Assembly (NCBI GenBank): GCA_049325515.1
Contig: JBMOLI010000001.1
Coordinates: 577,171 to 641,170, forward strand
Source of the DNA: Actinomycetota bacterium
Lineage (GTDB): Bacteria > Actinomycetota > Acidimicrobiia > Acidimicrobiales > VFJN01
Length of the DNA stretch: 64,000 bases
Direction: 5' to 3'
Part shown: piece by piece, positions 55,877 through 64,000 of the stretch
Numbering within the stretch: position 1 is the stretch's first letter
Layout: every line of letters begins with the position of its first letter
Program-made: the position numbers and the translations under genes
The notes under the pieces: model-generated
What the model was told of the DNA's origin: nothing
The model's input: only the letters and a program-made list of their open reading frames with translations
Database searches by the model: none

Positions 55877-56457
55877 GGCCGGGCAGCGCGGCCGAACCAG
55901 CGGCCGTCCGCAGCGTGGAAGCCCTCGGGCGCGAGGCCCGCCTGCACGGCCAGGGACGGCCAGTCGTCGACACCGACCACGGCCCAGGTGAACCACGGCC
56001 CAGCGCGCCCGTCGGCCTCCACGCGGACCGTGAGCGGGACGGTCGCCGTGCCGGGGCCTTCCACCTCCGCGACGACCCGACCACCGGGCCGGATCAGCTC
56101 CCGGCAACGGCTCAGCAGCGCGACGGGGTCGCCACCGATGCCCACGTTTCCGTCCAGCAGCAGGGCGGTCCCCCAGCGACCCTCGCCTGGCAGGGCAGAG
56201 AACACTGAGCGCTGGAGCACAGGCACCCCTCCCCGAGCCGCCTCCGCGGCAGCCGTAGGAGCCGGGTCGATGCCGAGGACGAGTCGACCCGATGCTGCAA
56301 GCGCGCGCACGACGCGACCGGGCCCGCAGCCGATGTCGAGGAGTGGATCGTCCACACCATCCAGGAGGGCGACCTCGTGCGCGTCGGCGTCGGTGCGCCA
56401 GCGCCCCACGTCGAGCGCGATCGTGGCTCCGTCCGCTGCCCGGAGCACGGTGGCCAT
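55873..56457 (-). CDS. Class I SAM-dependent methyltransferase
   Basis: 194 aa. Motif I LLDIGCGPGR, post-I LGIDP, and LIRPGGRVV. Start/stop overlaps with both neighbours. Confidence 0.8.
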   Translation of the reverse strand: MATVLRAADGATIALDVGRWRTDADAHEVALLDGVDDPLLDIGCGPGRVVRALAASGRLVLGIDPAPTAAAEAARGGVPVLQRSVFSALPGEGRWGTALLLDGNVGIGGDPVALLSRCRELIRPGGRVVAEVEGPGTATVPLTVRVEADGRAGPWFTWAVVGVDDWPSLAVQAGLAPEGFHAADGRWFGRAARP

Positions 56458-57092
56458 CAGCGGGCCCCGGCCACTGCGCGCACGGCACGCGCGAAGGCGC
56501 CCCCGGGGGCCAGCTCGGCGACGGCGACGGCATCAGCCCACGTGTCGACGTCGCGCAAGGGCGGGAGAAGATCGGTCCGAAAGCCGAGATCGCGGAGCCG
56601 CTCGAGCTGTCGAGCTCCCGTATCGGGGCGGCTCGTCGGTATACCGCTGAAGGTTCCGGGACGGGGCCGCCGCAGCCCGACCGCCCACCAACCACCGTCT
56701 TGTGCGAGCCCCAGCACGGCATCAGGACCTGCGTCCAGGCGCGACAGGGCGGCCTCCAGAGCGAAGCCGTCGACCTGAGGGGTGTCCATGCCGATCTGGA
56801 GCGCTGGTCCGTCAGTTGCTCGCCAAGCAGTCTCGAGGCGCGATGCGAGGTCACCAGAGCCTTGGTCGACGACGACGGCGCCCGCCGGGCACCACGCACC
56901 GGGTGCGCCATCGAGAGCGACGACGACGCGATCGGCGCCGCTCGCCATGGCCGCGGACAACGTGTCCGCCAGCGCTGCTTCGGCGATCAGTGCCGCTTCG
57001 TTCGGGTGGCACGGGGGCGTGAGGCGAGTCTTGACGCGCCCCGGCACGGGTTCCTTGGCGAGCACGAGCAGGTCCACGGCCCGATCGTGCAC
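56457..57092 (-). CDS. DUF2064 family (TIGR04282-type, nucleotidyltransferase-fold) protein; Rv0540-like
   Basis: In-frame GTG at 57092. LLVLAKEPVPGRVKTRLTPP is the DUF2064 hallmark. GMDTPQ and the GGWWAVGL blocks are also present. Confidence 0.75.
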   Translation of the reverse strand: MHDRAVDLLVLAKEPVPGRVKTRLTPPCHPNEAALIAEAALADTLSAAMASGADRVVVALDGAPGAWCPAGAVVVDQGSGDLASRLETAWRATDGPALQIGMDTPQVDGFALEAALSRLDAGPDAVLGLAQDGGWWAVGLRRPRPGTFSGIPTSRPDTGARQLERLRDLGFRTDLLPPLRDVDTWADAVAVAELAPGGAFARAVRAVAGAR

Positions 57093-57168
57093 GGCGATTC
57101 GGCGGCGGACACCCGATCGAGCCGCTTGTTCCGATCGTCGTAAGCACTCGTCGCCGTAGCCTGGCGAC

Positions 57169-57891
57169 GTGGCAGACGCACCGGCGCGGATCCTCGTCGT
57201 CGACGACGACCCCAACGTCTCGGAGGTCGTCGCGCGCTACCTGCAGCGAGAGGGGTTCGAGGTGGAGGCCGTCGGCGATGGCAGGGTCGCCATCGATCGT
57301 GCGCTGGCGGACCCGCCTGATCTGGTCGTCCTCGACCTCATGCTCCCGGGGATGGACGGCCTCGAGGTCTGTCGCCGCCTCCGCGCTCTGGCACCGGTGC
57401 CCGTCATCATGCTCACCGCGCGCGGCGACGAGTCCGACCGGGTCATCGGGTTGGAGCTGGGCGCCGACGACTACGTTGCCAAGCCGTTCTCGCCCAAGGA
57501 GCTCGTGGCGCGCGTGCGAGCGGTCTTGCGCCGTGCGCGGGGTCCGCTGGCGGGCACGTCTCCGGGCAGTCAGCTGGCGTTCCAGGATGGCGACCTGAGG
57601 GTGGACGTAGCCGCACGCCAAGCCTGGCTCGGCGATGCGCTCGTTCCGCTCACTGCCCGCGAGTTCGAGCTGCTCGTGTTCTTGATGCGCAACCCGCGTC
57701 GCGCCTTCCGTCGCGAGGACCTCCTGCAGCAGGTTTGGGGCACCCGCTTCGGCGACACGTCGACGATCACGGTTCACGTGCGCCGTCTGCGCGAGAAGAT
57801 CGAGCCCGACCCCTCGAACCCCAGCCGGATAGCGACCGTCTGGGGTGTGGGCTATCGGTGGGAGGGCCTGGAGCCGGTGGCTGCCTCATGA
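57169..57891 (+). CDS. OmpR/PhoB family response regulator
   Basis: ILVVDDD, DLVVLDLMLPGMDG, KPFSPKELVARV, and a winged-helix C-terminus (TVWGVGYRW). Confidence 0.93.
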   Translation: MADAPARILVVDDDPNVSEVVARYLQREGFEVEAVGDGRVAIDRALADPPDLVVLDLMLPGMDGLEVCRRLRALAPVPVIMLTARGDESDRVIGLELGADDYVAKPFSPKELVARVRAVLRRARGPLAGTSPGSQLAFQDGDLRVDVAARQAWLGDALVPLTAREFELLVFLMRNPRRAFRREDLLQQVWGTRFGDTSTITVHVRRLREKIEPDPSNPSRIATVWGVGYRWEGLEPVAAS

Positions 57892-58973
57892 GGGCTAGGC
57901 GCGACGTCACGCACTCGGCCCTTGCCGTCGGCGTCGGGCTCCTGGCAGCAGCCGGCGCTGCGGCAGCCGCATCGCTCCCCGCCGCGGACGCGATCCGCCT
58001 CATCGGCCTCTCTTTCGGCGTCGCCATCTTCGCCTACTGGCTCGGACGTGCCGCGCTGCGCCGCTCGAGCTCCCCGGTCATCGTCGCGCTGATCCCGATC
58101 ACCTCGTTCGGTCTCGGCGCCCTGGCCGCAGCGCAATCGATGTTCGTGTCGACGCACGACCTCTCGGCACTGGTGGTGGTCGTCGCCGGCGCCGGTACCG
58201 CCGGCGTGCTCGGTGCTCTCGCGCTGGCCCGAGAGCTCGAGGCGGCGGGCCGACGAGCCGACGAGGCCGCTGCACGCGAGAGGGCGCTCGAGCGCAGCCG
58301 CCGACAGCTCGTGGCGTGGGTCAGCCACGACCTGCGAACCCCCCTTGCCGGGATCCGCGCGATGGTGGAGGCGCTCGACGACGGCGTCGTCTCCGACCTC
58401 ACAGACGTGCACGAGTACCACGGCCGACTGGTGGAGGAGACGGCCAAGCTGGCTCAGCTGGTGGACGACCTGTTCGAGCTCTCTCGGATCGAGGCCGACG
58501 CGCTCGACCTGACGCTCGAGCGCGTCTCGCTGGGCGAGGTGGTATCGGATGCCGTGGCCTCCGCGAGAGCGCTCGCTGCAGTCAAGGGCGTCAGCGTCGA
58601 GGGGCAGGTTGCCGAGCGTCCGCCGCTGGTCTCCGCCTCGACGCGCGAGCTCACCCGCGTGGTCCAGAACCTCCTCGACAACGCGATCCGCCACACTCCC
58701 CCCGGCGGGGAGGTGAGAGTGCTGGTGGGCCACGAGCGCGAGCACGCCGAGCTGTCCGTGTTGGACGGCTGCGGCGGCATACCTCCGCAAGACATCGACC
58801 ACGTCTTCGATCTCGCGTATCGGGGTGATGCCGCCAGGACGCCCGGCTCCGGTGCCGGGGCAGGCCTCGGCCTGGCCATCGCACGCGGGTTCGTCGAGGC
58901 GCATCGCGGCGCCATCGCGGTTCGGAACGAAGGGGACGGCTGCCGCTTCACCGTGCGTCTGCCGCTCGGCTGA
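57888..58973 (+). CDS. Sensor histidine kinase (2 TM, HisKA + HATPase_c)
   Basis: Internal ATG in an ATGA overlap with the regulator stop. H-box SHDLRTPLAGI, N-box LLDNAIRHTP, G-boxes (DGCGGIP, GAGLGLAIA). Confidence 0.9.
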   Translation: MRARRDVTHSALAVGVGLLAAAGAAAAASLPAADAIRLIGLSFGVAIFAYWLGRAALRRSSSPVIVALIPITSFGLGALAAAQSMFVSTHDLSALVVVVAGAGTAGVLGALALARELEAAGRRADEAAARERALERSRRQLVAWVSHDLRTPLAGIRAMVEALDDGVVSDLTDVHEYHGRLVEETAKLAQLVDDLFELSRIEADALDLTLERVSLGEVVSDAVASARALAAVKGVSVEGQVAERPPLVSASTRELTRVVQNLLDNAIRHTPPGGEVRVLVGHEREHAELSVLDGCGGIPPQDIDHVFDLAYRGDAARTPGSGAGAGLGLAIARGFVEAHRGAIAVRNEGDGCRFTVRLPLG

Positions 58974-60006
58974 GTCCTCGCACGTGAGGCTCAGCGGCGG
59001 GGGCACGCGGCTCCCACGGTTCTCGAGCCGTGAAGCCAAGGTGGGTGCGCGCACGCACCGGGCTGGCCACGATGTGCCTGACGTCGCCGAGGCGACCGCC
59101 GCCCGCCACCTCCGGCAGGAGACCCGAGCCGCTGCAGATGTCCTCGGCCACCTGCAAGATCGTGCGCGGCTGGCCTGAAGCGACGTTGAGCGCCCCGTCG
59201 AAGGGCTGCTCGGTGGTCAACGCCAGCACGTTCGCGCGTGCAACGTCGCGCACATGCACGAAGTCGCGGGTCTGCCCGCCGTCTTCCAGGACCCGCGGTG
59301 GCTCACCCCGAGCGACTGCAGCACGAAAGAGCGAGGCAACTCCGGCATAAGGGGTGTCGAGGGGACACCGGGGCCCGTACACGTTGTGGTAGCGGAGCAT
59401 CGTGACGGTCACGTCGTGCTCCCGCCCGAACACGCCGCAGAGGTGCTCTTGGTGGACCTTCGTGGCGGCATAGGTGTTGCGGGGGTCGAGCGGCGCTGAC
59501 TCATCGACGGGCTGCCAGTGCAGCGGTGCGGCGCACTCGCCACAGCGGTGCTCGAACTCGCCTGCGGTCAGCTGCGCAGCGGTGCGTGGGCCGGGCCGCT
59601 GCACGCCGTGCGCCGGGCAGGCGTAGCTGCCCTCGCCGTAGACGACCATCGAGGAGGCAAGGACGATCCGGCCCTTGAAGCCCAGGTCATGGAGCGCCAT
59701 CAGACCGGCCGCCGTGCCAGCCGCGTTGTCGTCGACGTAGGCACCCATGTCGCTGAAGTCGACACCGAGACCGACACGAGCTGCTTGGTGGCACACTGCG
59801 TCGACGCCTCGCGCAGCGGTCAGCCAAGCGTTGGGATCGCGCACGTCACCGATGTGCGCCTCGACGTCGGTTCGCCACCACGACGGCGCAGCGCCTCCGT
59901 GGCCGACCAGCGAGTCGAGCACGACGACCTCGTGACCGGCGTCCGCGAGCAGGTCGACGATGTGGGACCCGATGAAGCCCGCTCCCCCGGTGACGAGGAC
60001 CCTCAC
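58948..60006 (-). CDS. NAD-dependent nucleotide-sugar epimerase/dehydratase (Rv0536 GalE3-like position)
   Basis: In-frame GTG at 60006 (GTGA overlap with the mtnP stop). VLVTGGAGFIGSH and YAATK. There is a Cys/His-containing insert (CPAHG...CGEC) between the Ser and YxxxK regions. Confidence 0.88.
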   Translation of the reverse strand: MRVLVTGGAGFIGSHIVDLLADAGHEVVVLDSLVGHGGAAPSWWRTDVEAHIGDVRDPNAWLTAARGVDAVCHQAARVGLGVDFSDMGAYVDDNAAGTAAGLMALHDLGFKGRIVLASSMVVYGEGSYACPAHGVQRPGPRTAAQLTAGEFEHRCGECAAPLHWQPVDESAPLDPRNTYAATKVHQEHLCGVFGREHDVTVTMLRYHNVYGPRCPLDTPYAGVASLFRAAVARGEPPRVLEDGGQTRDFVHVRDVARANVLALTTEQPFDGALNVASGQPRTILQVAEDICSGSGLLPEVAGGGRLGDVRHIVASPVRARTHLGFTAREPWEPRAPAAEPHVRGLSRAADAR

Positions 60007-60761
60007 GGTGCCGCCGCTGCCGTGGCCAGCACCACCGATCGCAGCCTCGGAAGGTGTCGGGCGAACACAGCGAAGACCTCGTCCTGGTGTACCGGGGCAA
60101 CCTCCGGCCTGTCTTCCAGCCCCGCATCGAAGTCGGTCACGAGACCGACCGCTGCGTACGAGAGGCCGAGCTCGCGAGCGATGACGGCCTCCGGGTACTG
60201 GGTCATGTTGATGAGGTCCGCCCCCATGGAGCGGTACCACCGCGACTCGGCGCGGGTGGCGAAGCGCGGACCGTTGATCACGACGACTGTGCCTCCGTCG
60301 CTGACGTCCTCGCCAAGCCGGCTGCCAGCCCTCACAGCTTCGCGACGAAGGTGCGCGTCATACGGATCGGCAAAGGACGCGTGCTGGGGTCCATCTGGAA
60401 AGGAGTCGTGGATGGTGTCGGCACGGCCCGTCGTCCGGTCGATGATCTGGTCGGGGACGACGAGCTGGCCGGGGGCGAGGTGGGAGACGAGGGAGCCGCA
60501 AGCGAACGACGCGATCACGGTGCGAGCGCCGAGCGACCGCAGTGCCCACAAGTTGGCGCGATGGTCGACAGCGTGAGGCGGCAGCCGGTGGCCGTCGCCA
60601 TGCCTGCTGAGGAAGGCGATCCGCCTTCCATCGACATCCCCGATGGCGACGAGCGCCGAGGGCGAACCCCACGGCGTGGGCACATCGATGAGATCGACCG
60701 GTGTCCCCAGGTCGTAGAAGCCCGATCCGCCGATGATGGCTACTTCGACAGAGGTCACCAC
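60003..60761 (-). CDS. mtnP: S-methyl-5'-thioadenosine phosphorylase
   Basis: GTG GTG at 60761/60758 overlaps the upstream stop. VAIIGGSGFYD, FLSRHG, GPRFATRAES, INMTQYPEAVIARELG. Confidence 0.88.
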   Translation of the reverse strand: MVTSVEVAIIGGSGFYDLGTPVDLIDVPTPWGSPSALVAIGDVDGRRIAFLSRHGDGHRLPPHAVDHRANLWALRSLGARTVIASFACGSLVSHLAPGQLVVPDQIIDRTTGRADTIHDSFPDGPQHASFADPYDAHLRREAVRAGSRLGEDVSDGGTVVVINGPRFATRAESRWYRSMGADLINMTQYPEAVIARELGLSYAAVGLVTDFDAGLEDRPEVAPVHQDEVFAVFARHLPRLRSVVLATAAAAP

Positions 60762-62065
60762 TTGCTCCTGAGCCCTGCCTGCAGAGCGACTGCCAGCGCG
60801 GCCTGCGCCGCGAGCCACCCGCGCCGGTTGCCTGGAGCCGCCAGCGCGAGCCACGGGATGAACGGCAGCCAGATCCGCTCGACCTCGCCCTTCGACAGCA
60901 ACGAGAGGTTGGCGAGCGCCACGGCTCCGAACGCAGCGAGGGGCAGCACGGAGGAAGCATCGCGCCAGCGGCGGATGACGGCTGCCAAGCCGACCGCCAC
61001 GGCTGGCCCGGCTGCAAGTGCCAGCGCAGCCGGGTTCCCCACGAGCGCGAAGTAGGGCGCGGGGCGATCGGCGGCGATCCCGGCGTAGTAGGCGCGGTGG
61101 GTGGCGCGCAGCCCGTCCATCCAGGAGAAGCCGGTGGCCAGGTCCACGGCGAGAAGCACGGCCAAGCCCCCGCCGGCGAGAAGTGCAAGGGAGGACCAAC
61201 GCCGCTGGGAGGCGAGCACGACGGCGGGGATGACTGCGACCGCGACCGCACCGTAGGTGAGCATCAGCGCGACGCCGAAGGCTGCGCCGGCTGCCAAGGC
61301 GCGGCGCCCGACGAGGGCGAGCGCGATCGCCACGCCCAGCACGCCGGCGAAGAGCGCGTCGGCCGACGTGCCTGCCCAGACGGCAGCTGGAAGCAGCACG
61401 AGCGCCGGCGCGGCGCGGCGGGCGGCGGCCTCACCGGCCACGTGACGAGCTGCGACGAGCGCAGATGCCACGGCCAGCCCCCAGCCGAGGATCACAACTG
61501 CGGCGAACCACCCTGCGCCGCCGAGCGCGAGGCGATCGAGCAGCCAGGGGACGAGCGGCGCGCCCGGCGGGTGTCCCTGCACGTGGATGGGGGTGGATGG
61601 CAGGCGCTCGATGAAGTGCTCGAGGAAGCCACCCGGGCTCGTGATGCTCTCGGCGAAGGGCTCGTACTCGTGTCGTGTGAGGAGCGGGGCCGTCACCCTG
61701 GCCCAGCCGTCGCTTGCCGCCAAGCTGAGCGCCCAGACCGACGCCGCCGAACCCGCCGCAAGCGGGACCCGCGCCCATCGCAGCGTGGCCGCTGCTCGCG
61801 GGCCGACGGCCACCACCAGACCGGCGACGACCACCGGTGCCAGGAGACCCCACGTCGCGTGCCAGGTCCAGCGACCCACCAGCGGCGCTGCGTCGATCCC
61901 GATCCCGTGCCCCGCGATCGAGCGGCTTCCCCACCACAGTGCCAGCGCGACCAGCAGCACCCAGGTGAGCGCAGCTGCCCGGGTTCCCCGCTCGACTTCC
62001 GCCCCATCAGATCCGGGCGGCGGCGCCGCCAGCGCTGGGCCGGACACCGCGGTCTGTACCTCCAC
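60755..62065 (-). CDS. Polytopic membrane protein, GT-C-like glycosyltransferase candidate (Rv0541c/MtxT-like position)
   Basis: 436 aa with more than 10 hydrophobic helices and a periplasmic-type loop (LTRHEYEPFAESI...HVQGHPPG). GTG start. The family call rests on context and topology. Confidence 0.65.
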   Translation of the reverse strand: MEVQTAVSGPALAAPPPGSDGAEVERGTRAAALTWVLLVALALWWGSRSIAGHGIGIDAAPLVGRWTWHATWGLLAPVVVAGLVVAVGPRAAATLRWARVPLAAGSAASVWALSLAASDGWARVTAPLLTRHEYEPFAESITSPGGFLEHFIERLPSTPIHVQGHPPGAPLVPWLLDRLALGGAGWFAAVVILGWGLAVASALVAARHVAGEAAARRAAPALVLLPAAVWAGTSADALFAGVLGVAIALALVGRRALAAGAAFGVALMLTYGAVAVAVIPAVVLASQRRWSSLALLAGGGLAVLLAVDLATGFSWMDGLRATHRAYYAGIAADRPAPYFALVGNPAALALAAGPAVAVGLAAVIRRWRDASSVLPLAAFGAVALANLSLLSKGEVERIWLPFIPWLALAAPGNRRGWLAAQAALAVALQAGLRSKW

Positions 62066-62156
62066 GGGCTGAACGTACGTCGCTACTTGGTGCGCGTGGT
62101 CGCCTGCCGCGTGGTGTTCCGCACCCTGTAAGCAGCCGTCGTGTCACGATGCGACC

Positions 62157-62822
62157 GTGCCGGCCAGCGTCGTCGATGTCGTGCTGCCTGCCCTCGACGA
62201 GGCGCTCGCCTTGCCCGACCTGCTCGCATCGCTGCCAGCCGGCTACCGCGCGATCGTGGTCGACAACGGCTCGAGCGACGGCACAGCCGACGTGGCCCGC
62301 GCGCTCGGAGCGACGGTCGTGCACGAGCCGCTGCGGGGCTTCGGCGCGGCCTGCGCGGCTGGTCTGAGCGCAGCGACCGCGGAGGTGGTGGCGTTCTGCG
62401 ACGCAGATGGATCGCTCGACCTCGGGGAGCTGCCGCTCGTGTGCGACCCCGTGCTGTCAGGCACGGCCGATCTGGTTCTCGGCTCACGCCGACCCACGAC
62501 TCGTGGCGCCTGGCCGGCACACGCGCGGCTGGCGAACCGCTACCTCGCGAGGCGGTTGCGCCGTCGCACGGGGGCGCTCGTCACCGACCTCGGCCCGATG
62601 CGAGCCGCTCGCCGCTCGGAGCTCTTGCGCCTCGACGTGCGGGATCGAAGGTTTGGCTGGCCGCTCGAGCAGGTGCTGCGCGCCGGATCGGCAGGCTGGC
62701 GCATCAGTGAGGTGCCGGTGACCTACCGCTCACGGACCGGACGCTCGAAGGTCACCGGTACCGTGCGCGGCACCCTGCGAGCCGTCCGGGACATGGGTGC
62801 GGTGCTGCGAACCCTCGGTTGA
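62157..62822 (+). CDS. Family 2 glycosyltransferase (polyprenyl-phosphate sugar synthase-like; Rv0539/MtxS-like)
   Basis: VVLPALDE, IVVDNGSSDGT, FCDADGSLD (DxD), and the C-terminal SKVTGT motif typical of Dpm1-like GT2 enzymes. Confidence 0.85.
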   Translation: MPASVVDVVLPALDEALALPDLLASLPAGYRAIVVDNGSSDGTADVARALGATVVHEPLRGFGAACAAGLSAATAEVVAFCDADGSLDLGELPLVCDPVLSGTADLVLGSRRPTTRGAWPAHARLANRYLARRLRRRTGALVTDLGPMRAARRSELLRLDVRDRRFGWPLEQVLRAGSAGWRISEVPVTYRSRTGRSKVTGTVRGTLRAVRDMGAVLRTLG

Positions 62823-62898
62823 GCCGGAATAGTTGCATGCACAAATATTGTTGAAGGGATGTGCCCGCCACACTGGCGGTCAGCCCGCAGGAGGGACC

Positions 62899-63873
62899 AT
62901 GCCCGCGATCTCCGTTGACGACATCCTCGTTCTGCCCCGGGTGGCCGAGCCCGACCCGACAGCCAGGGTTCGGCCCGTGCGCACGATCACGACCGCCCCG
63001 CGGGGCTTCGAGGGCGAGGGCTTCCCGGTGAAGCGGGCGTTCGCTGGAGTCGACCTGGCCGTGCTCGACCCATTCGTCCACATGGACCAGATGGGCGAGG
63101 TCGACTGGGAGCCCGGTGCCGCCAAGGGCACCGCTTGGCATCCGCATCGCGGCTTCGAGACGGTGACCTACATGCTCGACGGGGTCATCCAGCACGAGGA
63201 CTCCAACGGCGGCGGCGGTGTGATCACCGACGGCGACACGCAGTGGATGACTGCGGGCGCCGGCATCCTGCACAAGGAGGCGCCTCCCGCAGACGTGGTG
63301 GCGCGCGGAGGCCTGTTCCACGGCGTGCAGCTCTGGGTCAACCTTCCCTCGCACCTGAAGATGTCGCCTCCGCGGTACCAAGACATCAGAGGCAGTCAGG
63401 TGCAGCTGCTCTCGTCACACGACGGAGGCGCGCTGCTGCGCGTGATAGCCGGCGAGGTGGGCGGCTTCGGGGGACCAGGAGTCACCCACACACCCATCGC
63501 GCTGCTCCATGCGACCGTCTCCCCCGGTGCGCAGCTGCGCCTGCCCTGGCGACCCGACTTCAACGCTCTCGTGTGGGCCTTCTCGGGCCGCGGGTCGATC
63601 GGCCCTGAACAGGCGGCGTTTGCCGGCGGGCAGCTCGCTGTGCTGGGCGGGGGCGACGTGATCCTTGTGAACGCCGACGAGGCACAGGACTCCCACACGC
63701 CCGCGCTCGACCTGCTCGTGCTGGGTGGTCTGCCGATCCGGGAGCCAGTCGCCGCTTACGGCCCGTTCGTCATGAACACCCGGGCCGAGCTCCAACAGGC
63801 ATTCGACGACTTCAACGCAGGCCGCCTCGGCCGCATCCCCGCAGAACCTCAGCCCGGCCACGGGGTCCTCTGA
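62899..63873 (+). CDS. Pirin family protein
   Basis: Internal ATG (residue 23) preceded by GGAGGGA. WHPHRGFETVTYMLDG, WMTAGAGILHKE, GVQLWVNLP. Confidence 0.9.
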   Translation: MPAISVDDILVLPRVAEPDPTARVRPVRTITTAPRGFEGEGFPVKRAFAGVDLAVLDPFVHMDQMGEVDWEPGAAKGTAWHPHRGFETVTYMLDGVIQHEDSNGGGGVITDGDTQWMTAGAGILHKEAPPADVVARGGLFHGVQLWVNLPSHLKMSPPRYQDIRGSQVQLLSSHDGGALLRVIAGEVGGFGGPGVTHTPIALLHATVSPGAQLRLPWRPDFNALVWAFSGRGSIGPEQAAFAGGQLAVLGGGDVILVNADEAQDSHTPALDLLVLGGLPIREPVAAYGPFVMNTRAELQQAFDDFNAGRLGRIPAEPQPGHGVL

Positions 63874-63890
63874 GGAGCCCGAGCCCGCTG

Positions 63891-64000
63891 TCAGGGCAAA
63901 CGGGACCGTTGGCGTCGCCCGAGCAGCACCCCCATGCCCAACAGCAGCGCGGCGATGGCTGCCACTGCCACCAGTATCAGAGCCAGCGAAGGCCGGCCGG
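63891..64000 (-). CDS. 3' end of an unidentified CDS (C-terminal TM anchor); 5' part lies outside the window
   Basis: My reverse-strand translation reads ...GRPSLALILVAVAAIAALLLGMGVLLGRRQRSRLP-stop (stop at 63891-63893). This is a hydrophobic helix followed by a basic tail. Confidence 0.4.
   Translation of the reverse strand, partial: GRPSLALILVAVAAIAALLLGMGVLLGRRQRSRLP

Noticed and set aside
62823-62898. AT-rich patch (AATAGTTGCATGCACAAATATTGTTGAAGG) upstream of the pirin gene, as a sigma-70-type promoter.
   Set aside because: TTGCAT could be a -35 element, but I could not find a properly spaced -10 hexamer. I note it as compositionally unusual but do not call it a feature.

Overview
High-G+C (about 70% by eye), gene-dense bacterial chromosome segment whose gene content looks actinobacterial. 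I support about 60 CDSs and one tRNA. I found no rRNA, CRISPR array, transposase or integrase. Many long ORFs in the track are GC-driven antisense or alternate-frame artefacts, and several real genes start well inside the listed ORFs, so I re-derived those starts. Housekeeping content: murF/ddl, a mitochondrial-type aconitase, citrate synthase, PutA, HU, a Liv-type ABC importer, an ABC exporter, an hppD-hmgA-FAH tyrosine catabolic operon, and TetR, GntR, LysR, Lrp and two-component regulators. Four regions deserve a second look. (1) A 3.1-kb lower-GC islet at the 3' end of tRNA-Val (36608-39704) is bounded by a 23/24-identical direct repeat. It has no integrase and carries three membrane proteins that share a short N-terminal Trp-rich motif (P-[GD]-WW-[LI]-ASDG-[KR]-WYPP). 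Each has a different extracellular domain: DUF4352-like, 2x Ltp-like, or unknown. One also has a perfect 18-bp coding tandem repeat. I consider this the best candidate for an undescribed surface or phage-exclusion module. (2) A cluster at 54246-62822 resembles the mycobacterial Rv0535-Rv0541c methylthioxylose locus. Here it is extended by a SAM methyltransferase and a fused cytochrome-b-like/MsrP-like molybdoenzyme. (3) A TetR-controlled, translationally coupled operon at 3036-9723 encodes a fatty acyl-CoA reductase-HAD fusion, a Zn-ADH, a LarA-like protein and a PlsC acyltransferase, suggesting an uncharacterised lipid pathway. (4) A haem-oxygenase-like protein is translationally coupled to hppD. 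All functional calls rest on motifs I recognised by eye, because no database search was possible.
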